Below, one piece after another: positions 8,508 through 18,922 of a stretch of 64,000 bases of DNA. Each line of letters opens with the position of its first letter. The stretch's first letter is position 1. Source of the DNA: a virus (Duplodnaviria > Caudoviricetes); IMG/VR virus record IMGVR_UViG_3300028887_000085, positions 1 to 64,000 of that record. One strand, written 5' to 3'. The position numbers and the translations under genes are program-made. A model generated the notes under the pieces. The model was not told the DNA's origin, made no database searches, and saw nothing but the letters and a program-made list of their open reading frames with translations.

Positions 8508-10629
8508 ACTGGCGAAGGCTTATGTGCAGATCATCCCCAGCGCGGAGGGCATCAAGGGGAACCTGACGAAGATCATGGACGGCGAGGCTGACTCCGCCGG
8601 CAAGAGCGCGGGCAGCAGATTCGGCAGCGCCTTCGGCAGCGTGGCCAAGGCCGGGCTGGTGGCGGCGGGAGCGGGCCTGGCCGCGGCGAGCGCCGCCGTG
8701 GTGAAGGTGGCGAAGGACGCCGTGGAGGGCTACGCGGATTACGAGCAGCTCACCGGCGGCATCGAAACGCTGTTCGGCACGGCGGGGAAGGGCATCGAGG
8801 AATACGCACGGGAGCAGGGCCTCAGCATCGAGAAGGCGGTGGAAGGGTATACCGAACTGCTGGACGTGCAGGACACCATGATGACCAACGCGGCCAACGC
8901 CTTCAAGACGGCGGGAATATCCGCCAACGAGTACATGGAGATGGCGATCCAGTCCGGGGCGAGCATGATCAGTTCCGTGGGCGGGGACACCGCAGAAGCT
9001 GCCCGGTTGATGGATCTGGCCATCGTTGACATGTCGGACAACGTGAACAAGATGGGCACCAGCATGGAATCCGTGCAGAACGCATACCGGGGATTCGCCA
9101 AGGGCAACTTCACCATGCTGGACAACCTGGCCCTGGGGTATGGCGGCACGAAGGAAGAGATGAGCCGGCTGCTGAAGGATGCCACGGCGCTTTCCGGCGT
9201 CAAGTACGACATCGATTCCTACGCCGACATCGTCCAGGCCATCCACATCGTGCAGGAAAACATCGGCATCACCGGCACCACCGCCAAGGAGGCCAGCGAG
9301 ACCATCAGTGGGTCAGTTTCCTCCATGAAGGCGGCCTGGCAGAATCTCCTGGTGGGCATGGCCGACCCGGCGGCGGACCTGAGCGGACTGATCGGGAACG
9401 TTGTGGACACGGCGGAGACGGCCTTCGGAAACATCCTGCCCGTGGCGGAGCAGGCGCTCGCCGGCATCGCCTCCTTCGTGGAACAGATCGCCCCGGTGAT
9501 CGCCGAGAAGCTGCCAGATCTGGTGAAAAATGTGCTGCCGTCCATTCTGAACGCCGCGACGACGCTGATCACCGCCCTTGTGGATGCTTTGCCGACGCTC
9601 ATCAAGGTACTGGTGGACGAAGGCCCGAAGATCGTCAATCAGCTGATCGAGAAGATCCTGGAGATGCTGCCGGAGATCGTGACCCTGGGGCTGACGCTGC
9701 TCACCTCTCTCGCCCAGGGCATCGCGGACAACCTGCCGACGCTGATCCCCACCGTTGTGGACGTGGTCCTGGAGATCGTGGACACGCTGACGGATCCCCA
9801 AACACTTGGGAATCTGCTCGATGCGGCGATGGCGATCATCGTTGCGCTGGCAAAAGGGATCATCGACTCCCTGCCGAAGCTGATCGACCGGCTGCCGGAG
9901 ATCATCGAAAACGTGGTCAATTTCTTTGTGCAGAACATCGGATTGATCATCGACACGGGCGTCCGGCTGACCCTGGCTGTGGCCGAAGGGCTGATCAAGG
10001 CGATCCCCGATCTGGTGCTGAAGATCCCGGAGATCATCATGGCGATCGTCCAGGGCCTGGCCGACGGCGCGCTGGAGCTCATCGGGGCAGGGAAGAAGCT
10101 CATCGAGGACGTGAAGGACGGATTCTTTCAAAATATCGAGAACGCCGGGCAGTGGGGCAAGGACCTCATCGAAAACTTCGTCGGCGGCATCACCCAGAAA
10201 TGGGAGGACCTGAAATCCAGCGTACGGAACGTGGCCCAGACGGTGAAGGATATCATCGGCTTTTCCGAGCCGAAGGAGGGACCGCTGGCGAACTTTCACA
10301 CCTTCGCGCCGGATATGATGATGCTCTTTGCCAAGGGCATCCGGGACAACGAATATCTGGTGGAGGATCAGCTGAAAAAGAGCCTGGATTTCTCCGGGGC
10401 GCTGGAAAACACCTGGTTGCCGGACCGGCTGAACGCTGCCGTCCGGGGAGCGGGGGCTTATCGCTTCGGCGGAACGGGCGCCTCAGGCGGAGAAAGCGGC
10501 AGATCCGCCGCCGACCTGGCCCGGGCGATCACCGACGCGCTGCAGGGCTGCGGCGTTTACATGGACGGGCAGCTGGTGGGCAGGCTCGTCACCAGGGCGC
10601 AGGCCAACACGGCCAGGGCTTACGGATAA
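8500..10629 (+). CDS. Tape measure protein
   Basis: ELAKAYVQIIPS N-terminus, NFTMLDNLALGYGGTKEEM, amphipathic LP repeats. Confidence 0.9.
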   Translation: MPELAKAYVQIIPSAEGIKGNLTKIMDGEADSAGKSAGSRFGSAFGSVAKAGLVAAGAGLAAASAAVVKVAKDAVEGYADYEQLTGGIETLFGTAGKGIEEYAREQGLSIEKAVEGYTELLDVQDTMMTNAANAFKTAGISANEYMEMAIQSGASMISSVGGDTAEAARLMDLAIVDMSDNVNKMGTSMESVQNAYRGFAKGNFTMLDNLALGYGGTKEEMSRLLKDATALSGVKYDIDSYADIVQAIHIVQENIGITGTTAKEASETISGSVSSMKAAWQNLLVGMADPAADLSGLIGNVVDTAETAFGNILPVAEQALAGIASFVEQIAPVIAEKLPDLVKNVLPSILNAATTLITALVDALPTLIKVLVDEGPKIVNQLIEKILEMLPEIVTLGLTLLTSLAQGIADNLPTLIPTVVDVVLEIVDTLTDPQTLGNLLDAAMAIIVALAKGIIDSLPKLIDRLPEIIENVVNFFVQNIGLIIDTGVRLTLAVAEGLIKAIPDLVLKIPEIIMAIVQGLADGALELIGAGKKLIEDVKDGFFQNIENAGQWGKDLIENFVGGITQKWEDLKSSVRNVAQTVKDIIGFSEPKEGPLANFHTFAPDMMMLFAKGIRDNEYLVEDQLKKSLDFSGALENTWLPDRLNAAVRGAGAYRFGGTGASGGESGRSAADLARAITDALQGCGVYMDGQLVGRLVTRAQANTARAYG

Positions 10630-10641
10630 GGAGGGATTTCG

Positions 10642-11007
10642 ATGCCGACAGCACAAGCGACACTGAGCCAGGGAAGCACGGACTTTTCCCCCTTTGTAGC
10701 CCTGGACGGGGTGGAGCAGGACTGGATCGAGCGGGCGGAAAGCAGCGTCGTCACGCTGGACGGAACTTTGTGGAAGCAATCCGTCCGTAAGCGGAAGCTT
10801 ACGGTGAGGCTGCACGATATGTTTCACGAAGATCTGCGGGCGCTTTTCGACGGAAAAGGCACGCTGGCGCCCTGGAGCTATCTGGATTCGGAGACGGGGC
10901 CGCGAACGGCATGGTTTTATCGATCCGGGCCGGCGGTGCGGCAGCAGCTGGCCAGAGGCGGGAAAACCCTTTGCGCCGGGATCTCATTCACGCTGGAGGA
11001 AAAATAG
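10642..11007 (+). CDS. Distal tail (Dit-like) protein
   Basis: 121 aa directly after the tape measure gene. Confidence 0.5.
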   Translation: MPTAQATLSQGSTDFSPFVALDGVEQDWIERAESSVVTLDGTLWKQSVRKRKLTVRLHDMFHEDLRALFDGKGTLAPWSYLDSETGPRTAWFYRSGPAVRQQLARGGKTLCAGISFTLEEK

Positions 11008-13167
11008 ATGCAAAGCACGAGCGCACTTTTCAAGACGATGCTGGCGGAAGGCGCGCCGAAGGAATGGCGCTGCATCGTCGCGGGGGAATCCTACGGTCAG
11101 GACCGGATCGTTTCGGCGGAAGCCTCCGCCGCATCCATGGAAAAGGCGGCGGAGATCGGCCGCTGCATGGCGAAGGAGCTGCACCTCACGCTGCGGGAAC
11201 CGGGCGCCATCCCCCGCATGGCGCAGATCAAGGCCCAGGTCCGCCTGAACGACGGGACCCGTCAGAGCGAATGGATCGACAAGGGAACCTTCTTTGTCGA
11301 CACGCGTGCGAAGGACCCCTTTGGAAAGCTGACGCTCAATGCCTTTGACCCGATGCTGAAAACCGATCAGCCGTATCTGGAGCAATCCACGCTGTCGACA
11401 TGGCCGGCGGATGAGGCAGACGTCGTCGACGAGATCGCGGACCTGATCGGCGTGACGGTGGACGCCAGAACGGCGCTTGCCGGATATGAGGTGCCGATCC
11501 CGGAGCAGGATTGGACGATGCGGGAGGTGTTGGGCTGGATCGCGGCGGCCAACGGCGGAAACTGGGTGATCACGCCGGCAAACGAACTTTATCTGATTTC
11601 CTTTGAAGGGATCACGTCCTTGCTTGGGAAGGATTCGGCCAACGCGCTGCTGCTGGGAGACAGCTTTATCGTCCTGAGTACCGGGATCAAATACGAGGAT
11701 CAAAGGGACCTGCTGGGAGAAGACAGTACAGCGGCGATCAAATTCGGCTCCGACTTCCTCGTGCTGAACGGACGGGGAGAGAGCAGAAGCAACTATGTCG
11801 GAACGAACGGCCAGGACATCCGCAGAAATGCGGAGAGCCTGCAGAATCTCGGATTGCTGCAGCCGTTCAGTGGTGTCAAGCTTTGGCGGTCGCACGAAGC
11901 GACATATGTGGACGAGATCCACGAAACGGAAATTGACGGTGCCATCAGTGCCGAAAGAGTACAGGTGGAAGTCGAGCAGTCTGTCGTCGCCGGGGACGAC
12001 GAGGGCCGGGTTCTGGAGGCTGATTGCCCCTGGGCGACGCAGGCAATGGCGGACACGATCCTTGCCAAAATCGTCGGTTACTGTTACCAGGGAGCAGCTG
12101 CCGCCGGCGCGCTGGTCAGCCCGGCGGTGGAGTTGGGAGACATCTGTATCTGCGACGGTGTGAGCTTCTTTGTGTCGCAGATCCGGGAGACCTTCGATGC
12201 GCTGTATGCGCCGACGCTGTCCGCGACGGGGGATGATGAGGTCGATCACGAATATCCATTTGAGACGAAGCTGGAGCGCACGGTGAATCGCAAGGTGTCC
12301 TTGGGTGAGAACTACTATGGATTCCGGGTAACACGGGAAAACGGCATCGAGGTTGACAATATCGTGGACGGGGTTGCCACTACGCGGATGATTCTCAATT
12401 CCAACGAGCAGAAGTTTTTTGACGCTGACGGGAATCTGGCCTTGTATTTTGACCCTGTTGTGAGGAAATACAAGTTTGCGGGGGATGTGATCATTGGCCC
12501 GGGATATCATGTGAGATCATCCAAGTTTGCCATTTTTCCCTTTGATGCGGAAGATGAAGAAATGGACGCTGAAACTGTCCCAGACGGCTTCAACCTCTAT
12601 GGATGGTCGAGCGATCAGTTATACAATTTCCTGAAGATTTATCAGAACGGCCTTTACACCAACTTTTCATCTCCGGGCGGCGGTAATGCACAGTGGGATT
12701 TCGCGCAGACGGATGTCCAAAACAGAGTTAATCTCTATGGGCAATCGTACTACTACGGAAGCGGACAAACTGGCAATGATGCCGAAATCGCCACGCTGGG
12801 GGATATCCCGACACTACCGACTACAGGGCCGTGGAAAGCGTCTGCGTTTGAAATCTCCGCAAATACCAACAAATATATCAAAGTAGCACGAGACCCCAAC
12901 AGATTAAGGACAGGTATGTTCTGGCTGTTGAGCAGTACGGCAAATAAAAATGGGTACTATATGTTTGTAAGGGGCACCAGTTCCACGGGGGCCATCACTC
13001 TTACGACTATTAAGGCCGTTACGCAATCCGGAATGTCTGTTTCCGTAAGTACGCAAGATACAGATTACATTGCCATCAGTGGCGCGACTGGATATATCTA
13101 CGGTGTGCTTGTGTGGTTCTCTGGGGACAAGCCTGAGGTCGTAAGCACACTACCAACATCCACATAA
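11008..13167 (+). CDS. Tail tip / hub (Tal-like) protein
   Basis: 719 aa; REVLGWIAAANGGNW and PAVELGD; lower-GC C-terminal region. Confidence 0.65.
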   Translation: MQSTSALFKTMLAEGAPKEWRCIVAGESYGQDRIVSAEASAASMEKAAEIGRCMAKELHLTLREPGAIPRMAQIKAQVRLNDGTRQSEWIDKGTFFVDTRAKDPFGKLTLNAFDPMLKTDQPYLEQSTLSTWPADEADVVDEIADLIGVTVDARTALAGYEVPIPEQDWTMREVLGWIAAANGGNWVITPANELYLISFEGITSLLGKDSANALLLGDSFIVLSTGIKYEDQRDLLGEDSTAAIKFGSDFLVLNGRGESRSNYVGTNGQDIRRNAESLQNLGLLQPFSGVKLWRSHEATYVDEIHETEIDGAISAERVQVEVEQSVVAGDDEGRVLEADCPWATQAMADTILAKIVGYCYQGAAAAGALVSPAVELGDICICDGVSFFVSQIRETFDALYAPTLSATGDDEVDHEYPFETKLERTVNRKVSLGENYYGFRVTRENGIEVDNIVDGVATTRMILNSNEQKFFDADGNLALYFDPVVRKYKFAGDVIIGPGYHVRSSKFAIFPFDAEDEEMDAETVPDGFNLYGWSSDQLYNFLKIYQNGLYTNFSSPGGGNAQWDFAQTDVQNRVNLYGQSYYYGSGQTGNDAEIATLGDIPTLPTTGPWKASAFEISANTNKYIKVARDPNRLRTGMFWLLSSTANKNGYYMFVRGTSSTGAITLTTIKAVTQSGMSVSVSTQDTDYIAISGATGYIYGVLVWFSGDKPEVVSTLPTST

Positions 13168-13177
13168 GGAGGTTGTG

Positions 13178-13348
13178 ATGACTGCTGAAATTGAAACCCT
13201 CTGCGACCAAATCATTGCGGCGGCTATGTCCGTCTATGTCAAGGGCTGTGACGATGTAGCTATGAGCAATATCACTCAGCTTCGGGGAATCTGCCAAGCG
13301 GCAGCGAAGATTAAAGAAGTCATGACTAAGGAGGCCCAAAATGCCTGA
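13178..13348 (+). CDS. Small hypothetical protein
   Basis: RBS AAGGAGG; 56 aa ORF MTAEIETLCDQ... filling the gap. Confidence 0.5.
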   Translation: MTAEIETLCDQIIAAAMSVYVKGCDDVAMSNITQLRGICQAAAKIKEVMTKEAQNA

Positions 13349-15944
13349 TTATGTACCTATCCAAGACCTGACTATTGCTGGCTCCATCAGCGATAGTGAT
13401 ATGTTCCCCATGTCGGACGGCAGTGGTGCTTATGCCGTTTATGGCAGTACCATCAAATCCTACTCTGCCTCTGATGCACAAGCGGCGGCGGCAGATGCGG
13501 CGGCAAGTGCGGCAGATGCGGTTCTTGCAAAGACAGCCGCTCAGAACGCCGCTACTTCTGCTGGAAATGCCCAGACAGCGGCAGAGGGAGCGGTGACTAC
13601 TGCCAACGGAGCAGTCACTACAGTTAATAATGCAATAGCTGATTTTGCGGATACCTTGCAGAGTGATCGTGCTAGTGTAGCCCAACTGGCACGGGAGGCA
13701 ACATCACTAGTTTCCTTGCCGTTTACTCTGACGGAGGGATACTATGTCCGTTATTCAGACGGGGAACTTGTAGCCGCAAGTTCGTCCAACGCAACAAATT
13801 ATATTGACATCAGCGCATTTGATCACATTAAATACAAACAACGGATTACGACCAGCAATCCAACAGCGTCCGGCCTTGCATTCTATGACGAGGACAAAAC
13901 ATATATCACTGGCACAGCCGCAAGGTCTGGCGAAAGCGTAGGATACGTTGAGGTTTTTCTTAATATACCAACAAATGCTGTCTATGTGCGTTGTACAACA
14001 ATTGCGGACACGGAAACCTACGGGGACTTCGCCATATCCGGGTACTCCGAAGCTGGGCGGCGGTTTGATGTTGCGGTGAACGGTGTCGGCAACGCAAACG
14101 CCAAGCTCTTTACCCGTATAACGGATATCACCTATGAGCTAGGCGGCATTGTGATAAGCAGCGGAGCTACTGCCGGGACTGCCTTAATGCCGAGCTATGT
14201 GCGCAATGTCGGTTTTCTGTCGGTGCGAGCCGGATCTACAATAGATGTGGATGACGGATATAAGTTTGCCGTTAACCTGTATACGCTGGACGATACGCCC
14301 GTGTTCATCGCCGGGAAAAGCGCAACAATCAGCGGGATGTTCACTGTTCCTTTCGACTGCAATATCCGGTTCTCCATCTCCGACCTTGAGAACACGCCGC
14401 AAACCACGACGGACATTGCAGAACACTTCATACTGAATCTCTACGCGCTGGACGACGCGCTGGAGATAAAATACGCCACAAAAAACGAACTGAACGACGC
14501 GGCGCTCTACTCTATTGATTATTCCGGTTTCAAAGTAGCATACGGCGGAATCAACGCTTCCGGCAATTCCAACGAAAAAAGAGACCGTCTTCGTTATACC
14601 TACAACTCTCTCGGAGGATTTGCAGTAAAGGCTGGTTCTACCATAGAAGCGAACACCGGATACAAATTCTGCGTAGCCCGTTACTCCAGCTATAACAGCA
14701 ACTCCAACTACGAGCTCATTGAATTTATCGACATGAGGACGACGCCTTATACGGTGCCGGAGGACTGTTTCATCCGCATCAGTTTCGCGGCGGAAGACAA
14801 TGCATTGCTGTGGACAAAAGTGGATGGGGAATATTTCCTCACGGAAGCGGGAGAAGCCGCCGCCGCCGGGGCCGTTTCCATGAATCTTTTCGGCGGCACG
14901 GTCAAAGAAGAGATCGAAAAGCTCAGCAACAGCATAGACATCTGGCACGAGCCCATCCGGCTGGAGACAGAAATCCCCATCAACGCCACGGAATTCCACC
15001 TGCTTTTTGACGAACTCGTGGATGCGGGATACCTTACGAGGACGCTGCTGGGGAAACAGAACAACGACGACAATTATCCGATCTATCAGTATACGCTCCG
15101 CCACGACATGAACCATGTTGATCCCAACTACAATATCGTGCAGTGGGACGGGACGAACGAACTGTACCAACGACCGAAGATCTGGATGGACAGCGGAATC
15201 CACGGGAACGAACGGACGACTCCCTATGTCCTGTGGGACTTCATCTATAACCTCTGCACCAGAACGGAATATCAGGACATGCGCAACGCTTTCGACTGGT
15301 ATTTCGTACCTCTGGTAAACCCGTGGGGATTCAGCAACACTGCCTACAAAAACGGCGTGGTGAACAACGGCAACGGCTACACGTCCTCCACCATCTCCCA
15401 ATATACCATCGCCGCAAACACGGAATCCGTGCATCAGGGCATCCGCCGCAATCTCGCCGGTATCGACATCAACAGAGATTTCGGAACCTTTGCGACACAA
15501 GAAGCGCAGTGGATTCGGGATTCTCTGATCTCGCTGACGGCAGACGGAAGGAATTTCACCTTTGCGGTGGATTCCCATCAGGCGACGAACGGAGATGACG
15601 TTAATATCATCGGAGCGTTCCTCTCCCTGAACTATTCGGCGAGCGCTGCGGCCAAAGCCCTGATTTGGGGAAAGTGGATGCAGGCCGGGGCGATGACAGA
15701 AATGATCATCGCCAACGATCTGGACCGCCAAGTCGTGCAGTCCGTGTATCCGTGGGACGGGACAAATCTGGAGACGGCGCGAAACTATATGGCGGCATAT
15801 GCGGACTATTCCATGTGTTTTGAGGGAGGACAGACCTGCATCTATTACAGCCAGAGCAGCACATGGAGCAATCCGATAGCGAGGACCTTCATCAACACCA
15901 TGTTCCACGGGTTTACCCACACTTTGACTGAGCATTGGATGTGA
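13341..15944 (+). CDS. Tail-associated protein with C-terminal M14 zinc carboxypeptidase-like domain
   Basis: Ala-rich stalk; SGIHGNE (HxxE), VPLVNPWG, RRNLAGIDINRDF, VDSH. Confidence 0.7.
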   Translation: MPDYVPIQDLTIAGSISDSDMFPMSDGSGAYAVYGSTIKSYSASDAQAAAADAAASAADAVLAKTAAQNAATSAGNAQTAAEGAVTTANGAVTTVNNAIADFADTLQSDRASVAQLAREATSLVSLPFTLTEGYYVRYSDGELVAASSSNATNYIDISAFDHIKYKQRITTSNPTASGLAFYDEDKTYITGTAARSGESVGYVEVFLNIPTNAVYVRCTTIADTETYGDFAISGYSEAGRRFDVAVNGVGNANAKLFTRITDITYELGGIVISSGATAGTALMPSYVRNVGFLSVRAGSTIDVDDGYKFAVNLYTLDDTPVFIAGKSATISGMFTVPFDCNIRFSISDLENTPQTTTDIAEHFILNLYALDDALEIKYATKNELNDAALYSIDYSGFKVAYGGINASGNSNEKRDRLRYTYNSLGGFAVKAGSTIEANTGYKFCVARYSSYNSNSNYELIEFIDMRTTPYTVPEDCFIRISFAAEDNALLWTKVDGEYFLTEAGEAAAAGAVSMNLFGGTVKEEIEKLSNSIDIWHEPIRLETEIPINATEFHLLFDELVDAGYLTRTLLGKQNNDDNYPIYQYTLRHDMNHVDPNYNIVQWDGTNELYQRPKIWMDSGIHGNERTTPYVLWDFIYNLCTRTEYQDMRNAFDWYFVPLVNPWGFSNTAYKNGVVNNGNGYTSSTISQYTIAANTESVHQGIRRNLAGIDINRDFGTFATQEAQWIRDSLISLTADGRNFTFAVDSHQATNGDDVNIIGAFLSLNYSASAAAKALIWGKWMQAGAMTEMIIANDLDRQVVQSVYPWDGTNLETARNYMAAYADYSMCFEGGQTCIYYSQSSTWSNPIARTFINTMFHGFTHTLTEHWM

Positions 15945-15948
15945 TCGC

Positions 15949-16605
15949 ATGAGCCTATCCAAAGTGATCGAGATTGCCAGGGGAGACCTGGGATATACGG
16001 AATCTCCCCCCAACAGCAACCGCACGAAATACGGCGAAGCCTATGGGATGAACGGACAGCCCTGGTGCGTCATGGCCCTGTGGTATTGGTTCCGGGAGGC
16101 CGGGGAGCGCATGGCCTTTTTCGGGGGCGGCAAGACGGCCTCCTGCGGAACGCTGCTGCGGTGGTATCGGGAGCAGGGGCTTACGGTGCCGGTGGAGCAG
16201 GTGCAGGCCGGGGATATCGTGATCCTCAATTTCCACGGGACGCAGGACACAGAGCATTGCGGGCTGGTGGTGGAGGATGACAAGGGCGAGGACGGTAAGC
16301 TGATAAGCGTCTATACCATTGAGGGGAACACATCGCCGGGGTTGGAAGGAAGCCAGGATAATGGCGGGTGCGTTGCACTCAAGCGCAGATTCTTTAATCA
16401 GATCGTCGGCGTCTGCCGCCCGCAGTACAATCCGGAGGAGCCGGAGACCGTGGACGATATCAAGGGAAGGTGGAGCGAAAAAGATATCCGCCTGTGCATG
16501 GAGCACGGGATTCTGAAGGGATATCCCGACGGGACCTTCCGACCCACGCAGCCGGTCACGCGGGAAGAACTGGCCGCCGTGATCGTTCGGCTCATCGAAT
16601 TGTAA
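15949..16605 (+). CDS. Endolysin, CHAP domain plus SLH domain
   Basis: PWC...HCGLV...TIEGNT; GILKGYPDGTFRPTQPVTREE. Confidence 0.85.
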   Translation: MSLSKVIEIARGDLGYTESPPNSNRTKYGEAYGMNGQPWCVMALWYWFREAGERMAFFGGGKTASCGTLLRWYREQGLTVPVEQVQAGDIVILNFHGTQDTEHCGLVVEDDKGEDGKLISVYTIEGNTSPGLEGSQDNGGCVALKRRFFNQIVGVCRPQYNPEEPETVDDIKGRWSEKDIRLCMEHGILKGYPDGTFRPTQPVTREELAAVIVRLIEL

Positions 16606-16620
16606 AGGGGGGAACAGCGG

Positions 16621-17805
16621 ATGACGCAGGGAAACGGGAGAAGCGACAACGAGGGCATGGCGGAATTCGCCAAGCAGCTTTGGGAACGCTATATGCGCCA
16701 GCGCGTGATCTCCGACCTGCTGAAGCATTCGCTGGACGGATATAAGGCGAAGGTGGTTTCCAACAACGGGAACGGGACGCTGACGGTGATCCGCCCCTAC
16801 GACGCCCAATCTCTGACGCTGAAATGCCCACCGGCGCTGGCGACCTGGGCGGCGGCGGGGGACCAGGTGCTGGTGGTATCCCTTGGGGACGCCAGCAACA
16901 GCTTTATCCTCTGCGCAACGGACATCGACGGATTCGACCTGGATATCCTATCGGACCAGGACCCGGTGATGAACGCGGCGGATGCAGACCCCGGAACATC
17001 CAGCGAAGCCTCCAGAGCGGACCACGTGCATCCGTCGGACACTTCCCGCGTTCCCACTTCCCGCACCATCAACGGATACGATCTGACGCAGGACGTGACG
17101 CTTACGGCAGCGGACGTGGGGGCGCTGGCCTCCGGCGGCACGGCAGTTGCGGCGAAGAGGCTCCAGTACGATCACAGCGTTGAAACCTCCGGAGGATGGT
17201 ATAAAGTCTTTGAGCTGACATCGGCGGAGATCAACCGTTCCTATAACATGACGATGCTCATTGACAACGGCTATCTGAACCGCCACGGGATACTGACCTT
17301 TTACCTGAATCATGCTTCAAACGGAAGTTTCAGCGGCTCCGCTTACTGGCTGGCGACGGATTTTCCCCTGACCGAATTCCGGTTTCTGACGGACGACACG
17401 ACAAAAACCTTCACGCTTTACGCCAGCAACACACAGGGAAACCTGTATTTCCGGATTCTGGCGGCGGACCCAAGAAACCCCAACAACACCTACTTTGACC
17501 CTTCTTCCTGCTGGGCGTCCGACGCTGTTAGCGAACCGACGACCGCAACGCTGGTGTACGCTCCCCTTGGCTATCCACTGAAGTTTGACGCGGTGCCGGT
17601 TTCCGCAGGAACGAACCAGGTCATCCTTACCGTTTCGGACGAGAGAATCCGGCAGACCTATGAGCTTGTGCGCATCGAATTCGCGGACCCAAGCTATATT
17701 ACAACAGGCTATACGTGGGACACGTCGACGGGGACCTTCACCGTCACGGGGACGGCGACGGCGGCGACCACGGCCAATATCCTGCTTATCAGGAGGAGCG
17801 CATAA
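16621..17805 (+). CDS. Tail fibre / receptor-binding-like protein
   Basis: ASRADHVHP...RTINGYDLTQDVTLTAADVGAL fibre motif; beta-rich C-terminus. Confidence 0.55.
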   Translation: MTQGNGRSDNEGMAEFAKQLWERYMRQRVISDLLKHSLDGYKAKVVSNNGNGTLTVIRPYDAQSLTLKCPPALATWAAAGDQVLVVSLGDASNSFILCATDIDGFDLDILSDQDPVMNAADADPGTSSEASRADHVHPSDTSRVPTSRTINGYDLTQDVTLTAADVGALASGGTAVAAKRLQYDHSVETSGGWYKVFELTSAEINRSYNMTMLIDNGYLNRHGILTFYLNHASNGSFSGSAYWLATDFPLTEFRFLTDDTTKTFTLYASNTQGNLYFRILAADPRNPNNTYFDPSSCWASDAVSEPTTATLVYAPLGYPLKFDAVPVSAGTNQVILTVSDERIRQTYELVRIEFADPSYITTGYTWDTSTGTFTVTGTATAATTANILLIRRSA

Positions 17806-17806
17806 A

Positions 17807-18061
17807 ATGAAACAATACTATGTGATTGAGATCCAGCAATACGCCAACGGAGAATACGGGCATCTCGTCCACTTCGCCTATGACGAAGACCCGGACAAGG
17901 CGCGTCTCAAGGGGGAGAGCAAATATCACGAGGTCCTTGCGGCTGCGGCGGTGAGCGAGCTGCCGAGCCATGCGGCGATCCTCATGACAGCAGAGGGATT
18001 CCCAATCTATCATCAATGCTATAAGCACCCTGCGGCCTCTGATGCTGTGGAGGATGAATAA
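17807..18061 (+). CDS. Hypothetical protein
   Basis: RBS AGGAGG; MKQYYVIEIQ...ESKYHEVLAAAAVS. Confidence 0.6.
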   Translation: MKQYYVIEIQQYANGEYGHLVHFAYDEDPDKARLKGESKYHEVLAAAAVSELPSHAAILMTAEGFPIYHQCYKHPAASDAVEDE

Positions 18062-18442
18062 ATGGCAAGCGGAACGGGAGAAAGGCCGACGCCTGACATG
18101 ATTCCGGCAGAAAGCAGGACGGTGTACAGATATAACGCCTATCGGGCAGAGTCAACAAACACGATCACCGTACAGCTAAACAAGGATTTTATTAACAATG
18201 GTACGACCTACAGCCTGTTCGGGCCGTTGTATTTCATCGACTATAACTCGACCCCCACGGTCGATGAATACTACATGCTGATGAATCCAACGAATCCAAA
18301 CCGCATCATCCGCGTGACGACAAACAACACCGCACGAAATATTTCCAGCGCCGCATATGACATGTCTACCGGGATTCTCACCGTAACGCTCAGCGGCAAT
18401 CGGGCCTATTCGGGGGTGGACGTGTATATATCCCACGTATAA
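18062..18442 (+). CDS. Hypothetical protein
   Basis: 126 aa ORF ending the late operon. Confidence 0.55.
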   Translation: MASGTGERPTPDMIPAESRTVYRYNAYRAESTNTITVQLNKDFINNGTTYSLFGPLYFIDYNSTPTVDEYYMLMNPTNPNRIIRVTTNNTARNISSAAYDMSTGILTVTLSGNRAYSGVDVYISHV

Positions 18443-18503
18443 GGAGGAATTCTATTTCTCGTGAAGCCGTCGAAGCAATATAGCGAGCTATGTAATAAGA
18501 GAC

Positions 18504-18705
18504 AAAAAAAGAGAGGGCCAAGGCGTCGTCCTTATTCGCCTGAATGGCGGGTATCCGCGCAAGCGCGAATACCCGCGGATTCCGGCGAAACGTCCTTTTC
18601 AAACCGAAGCGATGCTGCTTCGGTTTGATTTTTGGACGGGAGTTCGCACCGGCCCTCTCTTTTTGAAAGGAGACACCCGTGGAAACACCACTAACCACAA
18701 GTGCC
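18504..18705 (-). ncRNA. Candidate ~200 nt structured small RNA
   Basis: Downstream of a SigA-type promoter; outer stem GAGAGGGCC/GGCCCTCTC followed by a U-tract; no credible ORF. Confidence 0.4.
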
Positions 18706-18711
18706 GGTGGT

Positions 18712-18740
18712 ATTGTAACAGAAGCGGGGGAAGATCGCAA
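18712..18740 (-). promoter_or_regulatory. SigA-type promoter
   Basis: TTGCGA-17-TACAAT with TG extension on the - strand. Confidence 0.55.
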
Positions 18741-18748
18741 GAGTGACG

Positions 18749-18921
18749 GGAGAGACGGATTGCCACGGCCTTCGGCCTCGCAATGACGAGGGACGGGGGA
18801 GCGGAGAGACGGATTGCCACGGCCTTCGGCCTCGCAATGACGAGGGACGGGGGAGCGGAGAGACGGATTGCCACGGGCTTCGCCCTCGCAATGACGCTGC
18901 GGCGGGACGGGGGACGGGGGG
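18749..18921. repeat. Three tandem 54-bp REP-like palindromic units
   Basis: GGAGAGACGGATTGCCACGGCCTTCGGCCTCGCAATGACG starting at 18749, 18803 and 18857 (third copy slightly variant). Confidence 0.85.
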
Positions 18922-18922
18922 A

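Noticed and set aside
28-16025. Long alternate-frame and antisense ORFs (28-1560, 575-2158, 1570-2904, 10984-12510, 14184-16025)
   Set aside because: Shadow ORFs of GC-rich structural genes, with no recognisable motifs
11008-18442. Diversity-generating retroelement acting on tail genes
   Set aside because: No reverse transcriptase and no TR/VR pair seen in the window
18524-18600. Hammerhead ribozyme (CGAAACGTC)
   Set aside because: No CTGANGA core in either copy of the element
18749-18921. CRISPR array
   Set aside because: The 54-bp units are tandem with identical linkers and no unique spacers; no cas genes recognised
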